This document shows positions 36,411 through 47,441 of a stretch of 64,000 nucleotides of DNA, one piece after another. Numbering within the stretch: the stretch's first letter is position 1; each line of letters begins with the position of its first letter. Both the position numbers and the translations under genes were made by a program. Source of the DNA: Alphaproteobacteria bacterium (GTDB lineage: Bacteria; Pseudomonadota; Alphaproteobacteria; JABAAW01); the NCBI GenBank assembly GCA_014238535.1, contig JABAAW010000002.1:6659-70658 (forward strand). Reading direction: 5' to 3'. The notes beneath the pieces were generated by a model that had not been told where the DNA came from, did no database searches, and worked only from the letters and a program-made list of their open reading frames with translations.

Positions 36411-37922
36411 CTATTGCGGTTGAGGAATAATTTGCTGCTTCGCGCTCGTGCTTAGCCTTTCCCGTATTTTGCTAAGGGCATCGAATAGGTTGTTACGAGT
36501 AGCAAGGTTCGATAGAAAAGATTCAAGCTCTGCTATCGTTCTTTCGTCCAGCTGGCTCTTATCTTTACTAGCTGCGCCGTTAGAATCTCGCCAATGCAAC
36601 GTCGCTTGCCCTAGCAGCCGCGCTGCCTCAACGGTGTTGCCATCCTCTAGAAGCAACTCGACGCTTATAAATGGGTTATCTTCTGCATCAACGCTTGTAT
36701 TGCCAACACTGCTACGTCTGATAGAGAAAACACTCGCAAGTTGCGCACGAAATTTCTCCGCTAAACTCGTAGCTTGCAAGCGTGCCTGTAGCGAGAGTAA
36801 GCCCGACATCAGAAAGCGGTAATCCGCAAGTAGGTGGCGTGTGCTAGAAATGCCATTTGCTTGGCGCAAGGTCGTAAGTGCCTTTGATAAATCCTCGCGT
36901 TCTTGACTGCTTAAGGATTGCTCTAGTGCTTCTAGCGGAAGCTCGAGCTTACCAGAAGACGAGCCAGAGTTTTGTACTATCGCGTGCGCCACATTATCGA
37001 GGTGAAACAATGACTCTAGTCGTTGCGCAAGGCGCGTACTCGCGCGACTCTTCTCGATACGTTCAACCTTATCATCCAAATTAGCTAGCCCAACTGTAAT
37101 CTTGTTCTCTCGTGTTTGTAAAAGCTCGCGCAGCGAATCCAATCGCGCCGACTGATTGTCGAACGCCGCAGCAAGGGCGCTACCCTCACTTTTCAAGCGG
37201 CGTAGTTCAGCAAGTGCAGGCAACTCTTCGTTACTATCTTGTGCCTCGCTAAGCGATGAAACCTTCGATTCAAGTTGATTTAGACGCGAAAGCAAATCAG
37301 AAGAAGTTTCAGGCAACTCTTTCGTTCCTCCCTCCGTCAACTCTGTCTCTTTATCCAATGCCTTTGGAGAACTAGCATGCTCACCATCTTCTCCCGTCGA
37401 ATGCGAGGCAGTATCGTGCGACATGCCGTCTATCGCTGCCATCAACTTTGCGTCTATGCGCTCAGCCCATAGTGGACGCGTCAACACGCCCACAAGCGCA
37501 ATGCAGGATATCAAAACCGCCCAGTGACCACTGGTGCTACGAGGTAGCGCTGCGTGCTCCCATACTTCGCTCGATATGTCCAAACTCTTCTCATCCTCAT
37601 CCGTATCGCCACTAGAATCATCATCGGAATTGGTGTTGGTAAAGGCACTGAAAATGTCATCAGTTTTCTTTTGCTCTACAGTCTCGTTCGTCTTCTGCGG
37701 TTGGGTTTGCTTCGTCCCCACACTTGTAGCAGCAGAGGGTTGCTGGGATAGCAGCTCACGAATCTTAACCTGATGCGTCGCAGGAACCGAGCCTCGTTTC
37801 TTCCAGCCCTGCACAGTGCCGACCGCAAGCTCAAGGTTATTCGCAAATGGGCGTAAGCCTCCAAAATGCTTGATTAAATAATCAACAATATCAGGTCTTG
37901 TAAAATCAACTTCTTGCGTCAT
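36411..37922 (-). CDS. Mic60/mitofilin-like (HemX-position) membrane coiled-coil protein with an N-terminal HTH-like segment
   Basis: 503 aa. It has a single TM at about aa 133-151, a long Glu/Leu/Ser-rich coiled-coil region, and a C-terminal block ...SIRRSSVGN..DNPFISVELLLEDGNTVEAARLLGQ...W that resembles the mitofilin domain. It lies between hemD and hemY. Confidence 0.6.
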   Translation of the reverse strand: MTQEVDFTRPDIVDYLIKHFGGLRPFANNLELAVGTVQGWKKRGSVPATHQVKIRELLSQQPSAATSVGTKQTQPQKTNETVEQKKTDDIFSAFTNTNSDDDSSGDTDEDEKSLDISSEVWEHAALPRSTSGHWAVLISCIALVGVLTRPLWAERIDAKLMAAIDGMSHDTASHSTGEDGEHASSPKALDKETELTEGGTKELPETSSDLLSRLNQLESKVSSLSEAQDSNEELPALAELRRLKSEGSALAAAFDNQSARLDSLRELLQTRENKITVGLANLDDKVERIEKSRASTRLAQRLESLFHLDNVAHAIVQNSGSSSGKLELPLEALEQSLSSQEREDLSKALTTLRQANGISSTRHLLADYRFLMSGLLSLQARLQATSLAEKFRAQLASVFSIRRSSVGNTSVDAEDNPFISVELLLEDGNTVEAARLLGQATLHWRDSNGAASKDKSQLDERTIAELESFLSNLATRNNLFDALSKIRERLSTSAKQQIIPQPQ

Positions 37923-38694
37923 GGTTTATAGTGGGACAGAGGTTAGGGGGGTGTTCGTAGTTCGCTAAAACTTGCAATAGGCTATTCTCATTCGCTTTCG
38001 GCGCGCAAACGATAGTCGAGCGGGGAAAATGTCGCGCTAAACGTTTGCCTATCGCTTTTGAAAGGCAGAAAAACCGTAAAGGATTCCGTGCCACTCGCGG
38101 TGAGCGATTATCCACGCATACACTAGCGTACAGTCTAGCAAAAATATCTGCCGAACGAGAAGAGTAAATTAAATAAGCGTACACTCGATTGCGTTTGATA
38201 AGTTTTTTAACCATAACTGGAAACGCTTGCGCAGCAACCGCCTCGTATAATGTAATATTTACAGCATTGTAGCCGTTTTCTTGCAGTTTTGCTACAAGAT
38301 TCCCGCTTACATGTTTGCCACATAAATGTACTATCATTCCCTTCTTGTAATCTTGTTGCATGATGTTTTCGTATAAGCTATCCACATCCGAGTCAGCCGT
38401 ACGTACGTCTATAAAACCTTTACGCCGCGCTAACGCCGCGCTCTCCTCGCCAACCGCGTGCACACGCAGCGAGCGAATATCAGCGTGCTCTAGTAATACT
38501 TGTGGAAAAACTCGCAATGCGCTTTTTGAGGTGATAGCAAGCGCGCATGATGCGCGTAACTCGTCCAATAAATGCGCGCACGGAACTGCTCTTATTCGCA
38601 GTAGCGGAGCACGGTATACTGACCAGCCAAGACGGCGCAAGCGCGAGGCACTCGCATAGGATTCTTCGTGAATGCGTGTCAATAACAGCGGCAC
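37906..38694 (-). CDS. hemD: uroporphyrinogen-III synthase
   Basis: 262 aa with the HemD-like two-lobe pattern (PLLLTR.., ..ITS..A...). Its start abuts the hemC stop. Confidence 0.7.
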   Translation of the reverse strand: MPLLLTRIHEESYASASRLRRLGWSVYRAPLLRIRAVPCAHLLDELRASCALAITSKSALRVFPQVLLEHADIRSLRVHAVGEESAALARRKGFIDVRTADSDVDSLYENIMQQDYKKGMIVHLCGKHVSGNLVAKLQENGYNAVNITLYEAVAAQAFPVMVKKLIKRNRVYAYLIYSSRSADIFARLYASVCVDNRSPRVARNPLRFFCLSKAIGKRLARHFPRSTIVCAPKANENSLLQVLANYEHPPNLCPTINHDARS

Positions 38695-39731
38695 TAAACC
38701 GACTTCTTTAATCGTTTCGCTAACTTTATTCCCAATCCCTGTGCACGCTCACACGCAAAAGCAAGACCCTGTAAAGGATCATCGCGAGGTGTTTCGATCG
38801 TCTCCGTAATAGTTTCTTGTCTTTTCTTTCCATCCTCTATTAAAAAGGCACTGAGGGATAACTCTTGCTGTTCGGATAGCCCTCCTCCTTGCTCCCTAGC
38901 CGAGCACTCACCTGTTTCTCGTGCAAATGGCAATGATAGGTGCGCGCTCGCGCCAAGCGCGCTATGGCAAGAACCTCCAACTTCGCGCAAAAACGCTCGC
39001 TCCGCTGTAACCTCCGTATGGCAAGTCGCATCGGAAGCCGTAAGTAGCGTACGACGCAAATCGTCTTCTCTTTCCCGCACAACTAGCGCAATCGCGCCCT
39101 GACCTGCCGCCGAGAGAAAAAAATCCTCAGCAAGACGATGCGACGCTAACTTGATGTCTAAACGGTCTAGCGCACAGCTCGCTAAAATCACTGCATCGTT
39201 CTCTCCATTCGTAAGGCTCGATAGTCGTCTTTCAATATTGCCACGCAGCAAGCCTATAACGAAGTCATCGCGCACTAAACTCAATAACTTTGCACGTCGC
39301 GGCGAAGAAGTGCCAATTCGAGAATTTAAAGGTAGACGGAGCAAGTCCATAGCATGCCCATCATCTCTACCATTATCATCAGCACTGTTTTTATTGTGTG
39401 CGCTTATAACACAATCACGCCTATCAGCGCGCGGAAGGTAGCAAGCAACTACTAAACCATCAGGTAACTCCGACTCCATGTCTTTGGCAGAATGCACCGC
39501 GATATCTATACGCTTGTCAAGCAGCGCTTGGTCTATCTCCTTCGTGAATAAACCCTTGCCACCTATATCGTAAAGAGGCTTGTCGAGGATACGGTCTCCG
39601 CTGGCACTTATCTTAACTAAGATAAATTCAGCAGAAGGCGCTTGCATTCGTTCGCGTAAAAAAGTCTCGGTGAGACCAGCCTGTACCAAAGAAAGCGGTG
39701 AGCAACGCGTGCCTAGGCGCAACAAACTCAT
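38694..39731 (-). CDS. hemC: porphobilinogen deaminase (hydroxymethylbilane synthase) with insertions
   Basis: It has LRLGTRCSPLSLVQA, GGKGLFTKEID, AVHSAKDM, RIGTSSPRR, RGNI.RRL and the cofactor Cys in GGSCHSALG. Confidence 0.88.
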   Translation of the reverse strand: MSLLRLGTRCSPLSLVQAGLTETFLRERMQAPSAEFILVKISASGDRILDKPLYDIGGKGLFTKEIDQALLDKRIDIAVHSAKDMESELPDGLVVACYLPRADRRDCVISAHNKNSADDNGRDDGHAMDLLRLPLNSRIGTSSPRRAKLLSLVRDDFVIGLLRGNIERRLSSLTNGENDAVILASCALDRLDIKLASHRLAEDFFLSAAGQGAIALVVREREDDLRRTLLTASDATCHTEVTAERAFLREVGGSCHSALGASAHLSLPFARETGECSAREQGGGLSEQQELSLSAFLIEDGKKRQETITETIETPRDDPLQGLAFACERAQGLGIKLAKRLKKSV

Positions 39732-39846
39732 CCGTAAACGCTATGTCGTAACATGTAATGCAGGGGTGAAAAATACTAAACGCGCTAAAAACTCGCGCAA
39801 AATTGCAGAGCATGCAGCCGTTAAGTCTATAAAAATAATTCTGGTA

Positions 39847-39891
39847 CAACGATAGCCTAGAGGCACAAAATTGTCTATGCATCTATCGTTG
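39847..39891. repeat. 9-bp perfect inverted repeat (caacgatag / ctatcgttg, 27-nt spacer) in the hemC-dcd divergent intergenic region
   Basis: Read directly. Confidence 0.4.
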
Positions 39892-39983
39892 GAGTCTGGC
39901 AAACTATCAACAAAGTTATCATAGTTATATTCACATTCGTAAATCATTATCAGATAAAGAGAAAGTTTCGTATAACAAAAATC

Positions 39984-40538
39984 ATGAGCATACTGCCAGA
40001 CCATTGGATACGCGAGCAAGTAGAACGACACCGAATGATTGTTCCATTTGCCGATAGGCAAAAAAGCAATTCCGTGATTTCATACGGCTTGTCTTCATAC
40101 GGCTACGACGCACGCGTAGCAGATGAGTTCATGGTGTTTACAAACGTCGATAGTGCAATCGTCGATCCCAAAGCATTCAACGAAAGCGCGTTCGTTCGTC
40201 GCACAGGTAAAGAGTGCATCATACCGCCAAACTCGTTCGCTTTGGCGCGAACTGTCGAATACTTTCAAGTGCCAAAGGATGTCTTGGTGATATGCGTCGG
40301 AAAATCTACATACGCGCGTTGCGGTATAATAGTCAACGTAACCCCGCTCGAGCCAGAGTGGGAGGGGCATGTCACGCTAGAGTTCTCTAACACCACCCCT
40401 CTGCCAGCACGAATATACGCAAACGAAGGAGCATGCCAATTCCTATTCTTCCGTGGGCTCGAGCCTTGTGAGGTTACATACGCGATGCGGCAAGGAAAAT
40501 ATCACAAGCAGCTAGGCATAACATTGCCACGCGTGTAG
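39984..40538 (+). CDS. dcd: dCTP deaminase
   Basis: It has [27 protein letters not shown] and [16 protein letters not shown]. Confidence 0.92.
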   Translation: MSILPDHWIREQVERHRMIVPFADRQKSNSVISYGLSSYGYDARVADEFMVFTNVDSAIVDPKAFNESAFVRRTGKECIIPPNSFALARTVEYFQVPKDVLVICVGKSTYARCGIIVNVTPLEPEWEGHVTLEFSNTTPLPARIYANEGACQFLFFRGLEPCEVTYAMRQGKYHKQLGITLPRV

Positions 40539-40548
40539 GATTCAATGG

Positions 40549-41649
40549 CTAACGGTTGAAGTCAACCTCGTGCACTAACTCAATAGCCTTACGCCGATTC
40601 TTCGCTATACGAGTAGGGCTCAATACATCTTGTTTGAAAACTCCCCACTTCTGCAACAACGCAGCAGGTGGAACGCCATCAAGCGCAGGGTATTCGTAGT
40701 TTAACTGTGAAAACATGCTTTGGGCTTCAAACGAAAGCAGAAACGACATAAGCTGCAGTGCCTCCGTGCGGTTCGGGGCACTATCAATCAAAGCCGTTCC
40801 TGTGAGGTTCATATGCGTTCCGTAATCATTCTGGTTCGGAAAAATAGGCGTAACATTCTCCGTCCAATTCCTCTGCTTCGAGTCGGCAAGCATGATGCCA
40901 TAATAGTAACTGTTACCAATCGCAACATCGCATAAACCTTCTGAAATAGCCCTGATTTGCGCACGGTCGTTACCCTGCGGTTTCCGTGCTAAGTTGTCTC
41001 GTAGCCCATACAGCCATTTCTTCGTCTTCCTAGTACCGTTGTGTACTAAAATAGCCGAAAGTAAGTCTAAATTGTAGTCGTGGCTAAAAGAACGAGTGCA
41101 TATTCGACCCTTCCATTGCGGAAGGCTCAAGTCTTCATAACGCCGAATTTGATCATTACCTAAACGATTTTTCGCAACATAGAGTATGCGAGCACGCCTC
41201 GTGAGTGCAAACCAATGGCGGTCCTTGTCACGCAAATGCACAGGAAGCTGGTTGCCAGCAAAGGTATTGTCCTTGATCGCACTCGTAATACCTTGCGACT
41301 TCGCTTGCTCTAGCCTAGTCCCATCGTTCGAAATAAGCAAGTCCGCAGGACTACTATGCCCCTCTTGCACTATGCGCTCGACCAATCCATTCTTCGCAGA
41401 TACTAAACGAACTTTAATCTTGCTCTGTTGCGTGAAGGTTTCGAATACTTTCTCAGTGAGAAAGCGTGAGCGGTAACTATATACATTTACCACTCTCTCG
41501 TTTGCATCTTGTGCCACCGCTCGCGAAACTGCGAACTTTGAGGCAAGCACTAGGGAAGCTCGTAGGTGCGTTTGCCCCGCAAGTAGCAAAATAAAAGTCA
41601 AAAGCAACAGCTTGAGTGCTAGTTTGCCCGCAAAACTATCTCCTCGCAT
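40549..41649 (-). CDS. Fe(3+)-type ABC transporter periplasmic substrate-binding protein (FbpA/IdiA-like), with no cognate permease or ATPase nearby
   Basis: It has a signal-like LKLLLLTFILLLAG, then VVNVYSYRS, ADLLISND, and the YEYP motif near the C-terminus. The start was chosen at the ATG ahead of the signal peptide; the ORF extends to 41760. Confidence 0.7.
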   Translation of the reverse strand: MRGDSFAGKLALKLLLLTFILLLAGQTHLRASLVLASKFAVSRAVAQDANERVVNVYSYRSRFLTEKVFETFTQQSKIKVRLVSAKNGLVERIVQEGHSSPADLLISNDGTRLEQAKSQGITSAIKDNTFAGNQLPVHLRDKDRHWFALTRRARILYVAKNRLGNDQIRRYEDLSLPQWKGRICTRSFSHDYNLDLLSAILVHNGTRKTKKWLYGLRDNLARKPQGNDRAQIRAISEGLCDVAIGNSYYYGIMLADSKQRNWTENVTPIFPNQNDYGTHMNLTGTALIDSAPNRTEALQLMSFLLSFEAQSMFSQLNYEYPALDGVPPAALLQKWGVFKQDVLSPTRIAKNRRKAIELVHEVDFNR

Positions 41650-41783
41650 CTTGCAGCTAATTCTTATTTTGTAGGCGCTGGGTATGCAAGCCAAAGTGCG
41701 AGTGCTTTTCATAGTGGTATTATCTCCATAAATAGTTAGGTGGTTGGCTCGACTAGTCAATACTATAATAAAGCCCTAATCCT

Positions 41784-43649
41784 TTAAGGAAGATTAGCTG
41801 CAATGTCAATTACCCTAGCGAGCGTGCGCCTCTTTACCTTAGGTTGCTTTATGCTAGCAACCGCACGCAAGGCTAGGTCTTCGTTTGCTCGGCGAGTAGC
41901 TTGAAAGGCTATCATCTCAAGTAAAACGTCATGCTTCGCATTCGCAATAGTTCTATTGAGTTCTCTACCATTAGCTAGCGACTCCGCTATTGTAAAAGCT
42001 CTGGTGAGATCATTGCGCGTGATAAAAAATTCAACCGCACTCTCAACAATGTCAAGGTAGCCAGGTTCATTGTGATAAACCCACATGTTACGAAGTAAAA
42101 TCTCTATTCGTCTTTGCGCCTCTGACGCTCGGTTCTCGCTACGCCTAGCATCAATTCGCAAAAAACGAAGCTCGGATTGTAGGCGTGAAAACGCAGATTG
42201 ATCACCAGATAATGCGCGCTCTTGCGCCCTTGCGAAAATAATGTCGTTACTACGACCGTTGCCAAAATTCAGTTGTGCTTCTAAAAGTGCTTCAACATTT
42301 CGCGCTGAAAGAGTAGATTCTCCTTGTGGGCGCGAAAAGTCATCCGCTTCAAATAATTCTAACAAAAGATTTGTCAAGCCTTGCGGGCCAAAGCGTTCCG
42401 CAATTTGACGCGCCGTGTGCGTTACCAAACGTGCTCGCAGGTTTGCATCAGGAATGAATGGCTGAACGCTCAGTGCTCGTTCGATGTCGCCACTCTCGCT
42501 CAGTACAAAGGCGAGAGCAAGCACCCCGCGCGCACGTTCGTAATCGTCTTCTACTTCTTGTAAAACTTCCCACGCAACCTCGTAGTCTCCGCTTAAAGCA
42601 TACTCAATTGCCAAGCGCAACAATGCCTTGCGCTTTTGTTCAGGCTCCAATGTGCGAGCAATATCGTTCGATAATGATAGCAATGGCTGACCTGCATACT
42701 CCATCTTCGATTGTATCATTCGCCTGCCTGTCTCTGCCAAAAGATTGCTCTGTAGATACGGACTCTCAATACGCCTGATCGCGCGTAGCGCATCCTTGAA
42801 AGAACCGTTCGAAAGCATATAACTCGCAACTTGCATCAAAGCTTGATTGCGCTCATCGCCAGGTGGTAGCAAAAGCGCACGACGATAGGCTTCGAAAAGT
42901 AAGCGGTTCGACGCTTTCGTTCGACCACTGCGAATCGAATAGTCCGAAAGACGAAACAAATCTTCAACCTTGCTTTGATTGACCGCTTCGATAAGCAGCT
43001 TGTTGATAAAATTATCTCGCTCCTCGCTAATAAGACCTTCAGCGTTCGCAGAAAGATACGGTAGCGCTCCTTCAAGAAAATTCGTGCGCTCGCGTACATG
43101 CTTTTCTTTTTGTAGGTAGCTTATTACGCGTTTGAAAAATCCTTGACGCGCAAATAACTCGCCAACAATCTTAAAGCCATCCTCGCCGTTTTTATCCAAT
43201 TGTCTTGTTGGGATGCTACGAAGAATCGAAAATGCCTCTTCCAAGTTAACCAAACCAAAATCGCGACCGTTGCGCGTGCTAAACTGCGAGGACGCTATCG
43301 ACAATAAAGCGCGGGCGCGCCATACAGGTTCGTCTATCGATTGCGAGAATTCCTTCGCTTCTTGCCATCCTTTCGCTTGCAACAAGGCTTTAGTCATAGA
43401 AACTTGCGCCTCGCCGCGTTCAAATCTTTGTAGCCCTTTGCGCAAAAAAGTGCGTATCGCTTGCCAGCGTTCCGTTATACCTCCCTCCCCAGCTTCTAGG
43501 CGAGCAGGGTCCAGAAGAAGTTCTGCCGGCGATAGCGTACCTAAATCAGGTTCCAACCTTTGTGCCTGCGCTGAACTTATATGTAAAAGTAAAGTGGCGA
43601 ACGCAAATGCCGTTGCCACAGCACGCACGCGCGTAAAATAACAACGCAC
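41784..43649 (-). CDS. large secreted all-alpha (TPR/HEAT-like repeat) protein of unknown function
   Basis: The ORF reaches 43790 but overlaps purB by about 110 nt. The GTG at 43647-43649 gives VRCYFTRVRAVATAFAFATLLLHISSAQA, which looks like a signal peptide. The rest is helix-rich with repeated Ala/Leu/Arg/Glu patterns. Confidence 0.5.
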   Translation of the reverse strand: MRCYFTRVRAVATAFAFATLLLHISSAQAQRLEPDLGTLSPAELLLDPARLEAGEGGITERWQAIRTFLRKGLQRFERGEAQVSMTKALLQAKGWQEAKEFSQSIDEPVWRARALLSIASSQFSTRNGRDFGLVNLEEAFSILRSIPTRQLDKNGEDGFKIVGELFARQGFFKRVISYLQKEKHVRERTNFLEGALPYLSANAEGLISEERDNFINKLLIEAVNQSKVEDLFRLSDYSIRSGRTKASNRLLFEAYRRALLLPPGDERNQALMQVASYMLSNGSFKDALRAIRRIESPYLQSNLLAETGRRMIQSKMEYAGQPLLSLSNDIARTLEPEQKRKALLRLAIEYALSGDYEVAWEVLQEVEDDYERARGVLALAFVLSESGDIERALSVQPFIPDANLRARLVTHTARQIAERFGPQGLTNLLLELFEADDFSRPQGESTLSARNVEALLEAQLNFGNGRSNDIIFARAQERALSGDQSAFSRLQSELRFLRIDARRSENRASEAQRRIEILLRNMWVYHNEPGYLDIVESAVEFFITRNDLTRAFTIAESLANGRELNRTIANAKHDVLLEMIAFQATRRANEDLALRAVASIKQPKVKRRTLARVIDIAANLP

Positions 43650-43680
43650 AAGGCTAGGTCGTGCCTGAAAAAAAAGCCTT

Positions 43681-45069
43681 CTAGCAGGAAAGAACGCGCT
43701 CAAACAAAGCATCAACATGCCTCGTGTAGTGGTGATGGTTGCACAAAGTAGCAAAATCCTCCGCGCTGAGTAGCGCATTAGCTTCTTCATCTCGTTTCAG
43801 CACCTCCGTCAACTCCTCTCCCCCATCGAGAGCTTGCATGCTAGTGCGTTGGACAATCTTATACGCTCGCTTACGAGTGATACCATTGCGCAACAACCGT
43901 AACAATAACCCATGCGAAAACAAAACTCCTTTCGTTGCTTCTAAATTTTTCACCATGCGCTCAGGGAATACCTGCAAGCCATCGACTATCTTTGTCATCC
44001 GCGCGAGCGCGAAGTCGAGCATAACCGTAGTGTCCGGTGCAATTACCCGTTCGACCGACGAGTGTGATATGTCGCGTTCGTGCCAAAGCGCAATATTCTC
44101 TAGCGCAGCTTGCATCGGCATGCGTACAAGGCGCGCCAATCCCGTGATGTTCTCGCTCAATATCGGATTCCTCTTATGTGGCATCGCCGAAGAGCCTGTT
44201 TGCTTCGAGGAAAATGCCTCGCTAACCTCGCCAACATCGCTACGCTGTAAGTGACGAATCTCTAGGCTAAAACGTTCCAGCGACGAAGCGATAACACCTA
44301 GTGTCGAAAAAAATACAGCGTGGCGATCACGCGGTATTACTTGCGTAGCGATAGGCTCGATGCGAAGTTCCCAAGCAGTCGGCATAGACGATGTGCTGGC
44401 TGCTCGCAAAGTAGTAGAAAAAACTGCAGGCAACTCGCGATTTAAATGCTCTGTTACCGCGCTTTCAACTTGAGGGTGTAAAAAAGCATAGTGACCAATC
44501 GTGCCAGATAGGGAAATGGTTGAAACCTCGGACCGCGCACGCCGTAATCTTTCGCGCGCACGCTGGAACTCAGCGTAGTAGCTAAGGAGTTTCAAGCCAA
44601 AGGTAGTCGGTTCTGCCGCCATGCCATGACTGCGGCCTAAACACAGAGTCTCCTTATGTTCGCGCGCGCGTCTAGCGATAACCACAAGCAAACGCGATAA
44701 CTCCTGCTCTAGCATGCTCGCCGCTTGCACTAGCTGTATCGCAAGTGTCGAATCTAGGATGTCGGAAGAAGTTGCGCCAAAGTGAAGAAAACGTGAGTAC
44801 TCGCAATCCTCTGCATCCATCCTTTCTTCGATAGCGCGCAGAAAGGCGACTACATCGTGTTGCGTTTCAGCTTCTAAAGCCTTACTGCGCTCTAGCAAAT
44901 CTTCATCGAAGCGGGCGTGTTTCGATATCGCCAGCGCGGCTTCTTGCGGAATATCACCGCGTGCAGCTTGCGCATGTGCTAGGCTAGACTCTAGAAGACA
45001 CCATAGGGTGAGACGAGTCTCTTCAGACCATAACGAAACCATCGCAGCACGGGAATAGCGTTCTAGCAT
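43681..45069 (-). CDS. purB: adenylosuccinate lyase
   Basis: It starts MLERYSR and has the fumarate-lyase signature GSSAMPHKRNP. It is 462 aa. Confidence 0.92.
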   Translation of the reverse strand: MLERYSRAAMVSLWSEETRLTLWCLLESSLAHAQAARGDIPQEAALAISKHARFDEDLLERSKALEAETQHDVVAFLRAIEERMDAEDCEYSRFLHFGATSSDILDSTLAIQLVQAASMLEQELSRLLVVIARRAREHKETLCLGRSHGMAAEPTTFGLKLLSYYAEFQRARERLRRARSEVSTISLSGTIGHYAFLHPQVESAVTEHLNRELPAVFSTTLRAASTSSMPTAWELRIEPIATQVIPRDRHAVFFSTLGVIASSLERFSLEIRHLQRSDVGEVSEAFSSKQTGSSAMPHKRNPILSENITGLARLVRMPMQAALENIALWHERDISHSSVERVIAPDTTVMLDFALARMTKIVDGLQVFPERMVKNLEATKGVLFSHGLLLRLLRNGITRKRAYKIVQRTSMQALDGGEELTEVLKRDEEANALLSAEDFATLCNHHHYTRHVDALFERVLSC

Positions 45070-45078
45070 GCGTCCCCT

Positions 45079-45789
45079 CTATGATGCCGCTGCCGTCGTA
45101 TTCACGCTAGCAGTGCGTAAGTTACCTAGCATAGACAAAACCCCTTTGTAATCAGACCTAGCAGTCGCTGGCTCAACAAAAAGACTGCTACCCGCTACAA
45201 GAATGTCGGCACCCGCTTGGTAAAGCGCTCTGGCGTTATGAAAACTGACTCCGCCATCAACGCATATCGCACAGCTTTCGGGTAGCATTGCACGCGCATC
45301 TCTCAACTTCGCAAGCGTAGATGGAATAAACTGCTGCCCGCTAAAACCAGGGTTAACCCCCATAAGCAATAGATAATCCATAGTCTCGACAACCCAAGCA
45401 ATGGCATCTAGTGATGTAGCTGGATTCAGCGCAACCCCCGCTAGCATATCGCAGTCGTGGATTTCGTTCAATAACCTAGGTAGGTGCTTCGTCGACTCGC
45501 AGTGTACAGCGACGCGTTCAGCTCCCGCTCCGCCACAAGCAGCGATGTAGTTCTCCGCGTTCTCGACCATAAGGTGCACATCGAAGGGAATCGTCGTCCT
45601 ATCACGCAAGGCACTCAATAGGCCTGTGCCGAATGTTAGGTTCGGTACAAAGTGACCATCCATTAGGTCGAAGTGCAATAGGTCAGGGCGTTCAGCCCCG
45701 CGCGCGCGCTCAAAAGCAGAAACCGTCTCGCCAAAGCAAGAAAAGTCCGATGAAAGCAACGACGGGGCAAGCAAAACCATACTACGCAC
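45079..45789 (-). CDS. rpe: ribulose-phosphate 3-epimerase
   Basis: It has APSLLSSDF, LHFDLMDGHFVPNLTFG, DVHLMV, MGVNPGFSGQ.F and VDGG. Confidence 0.9.
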   Translation of the reverse strand: MRSMVLLAPSLLSSDFSCFGETVSAFERARGAERPDLLHFDLMDGHFVPNLTFGTGLLSALRDRTTIPFDVHLMVENAENYIAACGGAGAERVAVHCESTKHLPRLLNEIHDCDMLAGVALNPATSLDAIAWVVETMDYLLLMGVNPGFSGQQFIPSTLAKLRDARAMLPESCAICVDGGVSFHNARALYQAGADILVAGSSLFVEPATARSDYKGVLSMLGNLRTASVNTTAAAS

Positions 45790-45879
45790 TATGGCGCATG
45801 CTCGCTATTCTCGCAACAATTCCTATCGTGAAAACCAAAAAGCAAAAGTTGCAAGTAATTTGCCTTTTGTTTAAAGTAA

Positions 45880-47376
<1,497 letters not shown>

Positions 47377-47441
47377 AAGACGCCTTATCTAATTCCAATT
47401 ACGCTTTAGCGTATTCTTTATTATAATTTCTGAAAGAGAGG

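Noticed and set aside
38108-38116. DnaA-box-like TTATCCACG, considered as a possible replication origin signal
   Set aside because: It is a single 8/9 match inside the hemD coding sequence. There is no cluster of boxes and no adjacent AT-rich unwinding element.
41784-43790. Full-length 668-aa version of the solenoid protein ORF
   Set aside because: The first ~47 codons overlap the 3' end of purB by about 110 nt and encode an implausible leader. The GTG at 43649 gives a normal signal peptide and removes the overlap.
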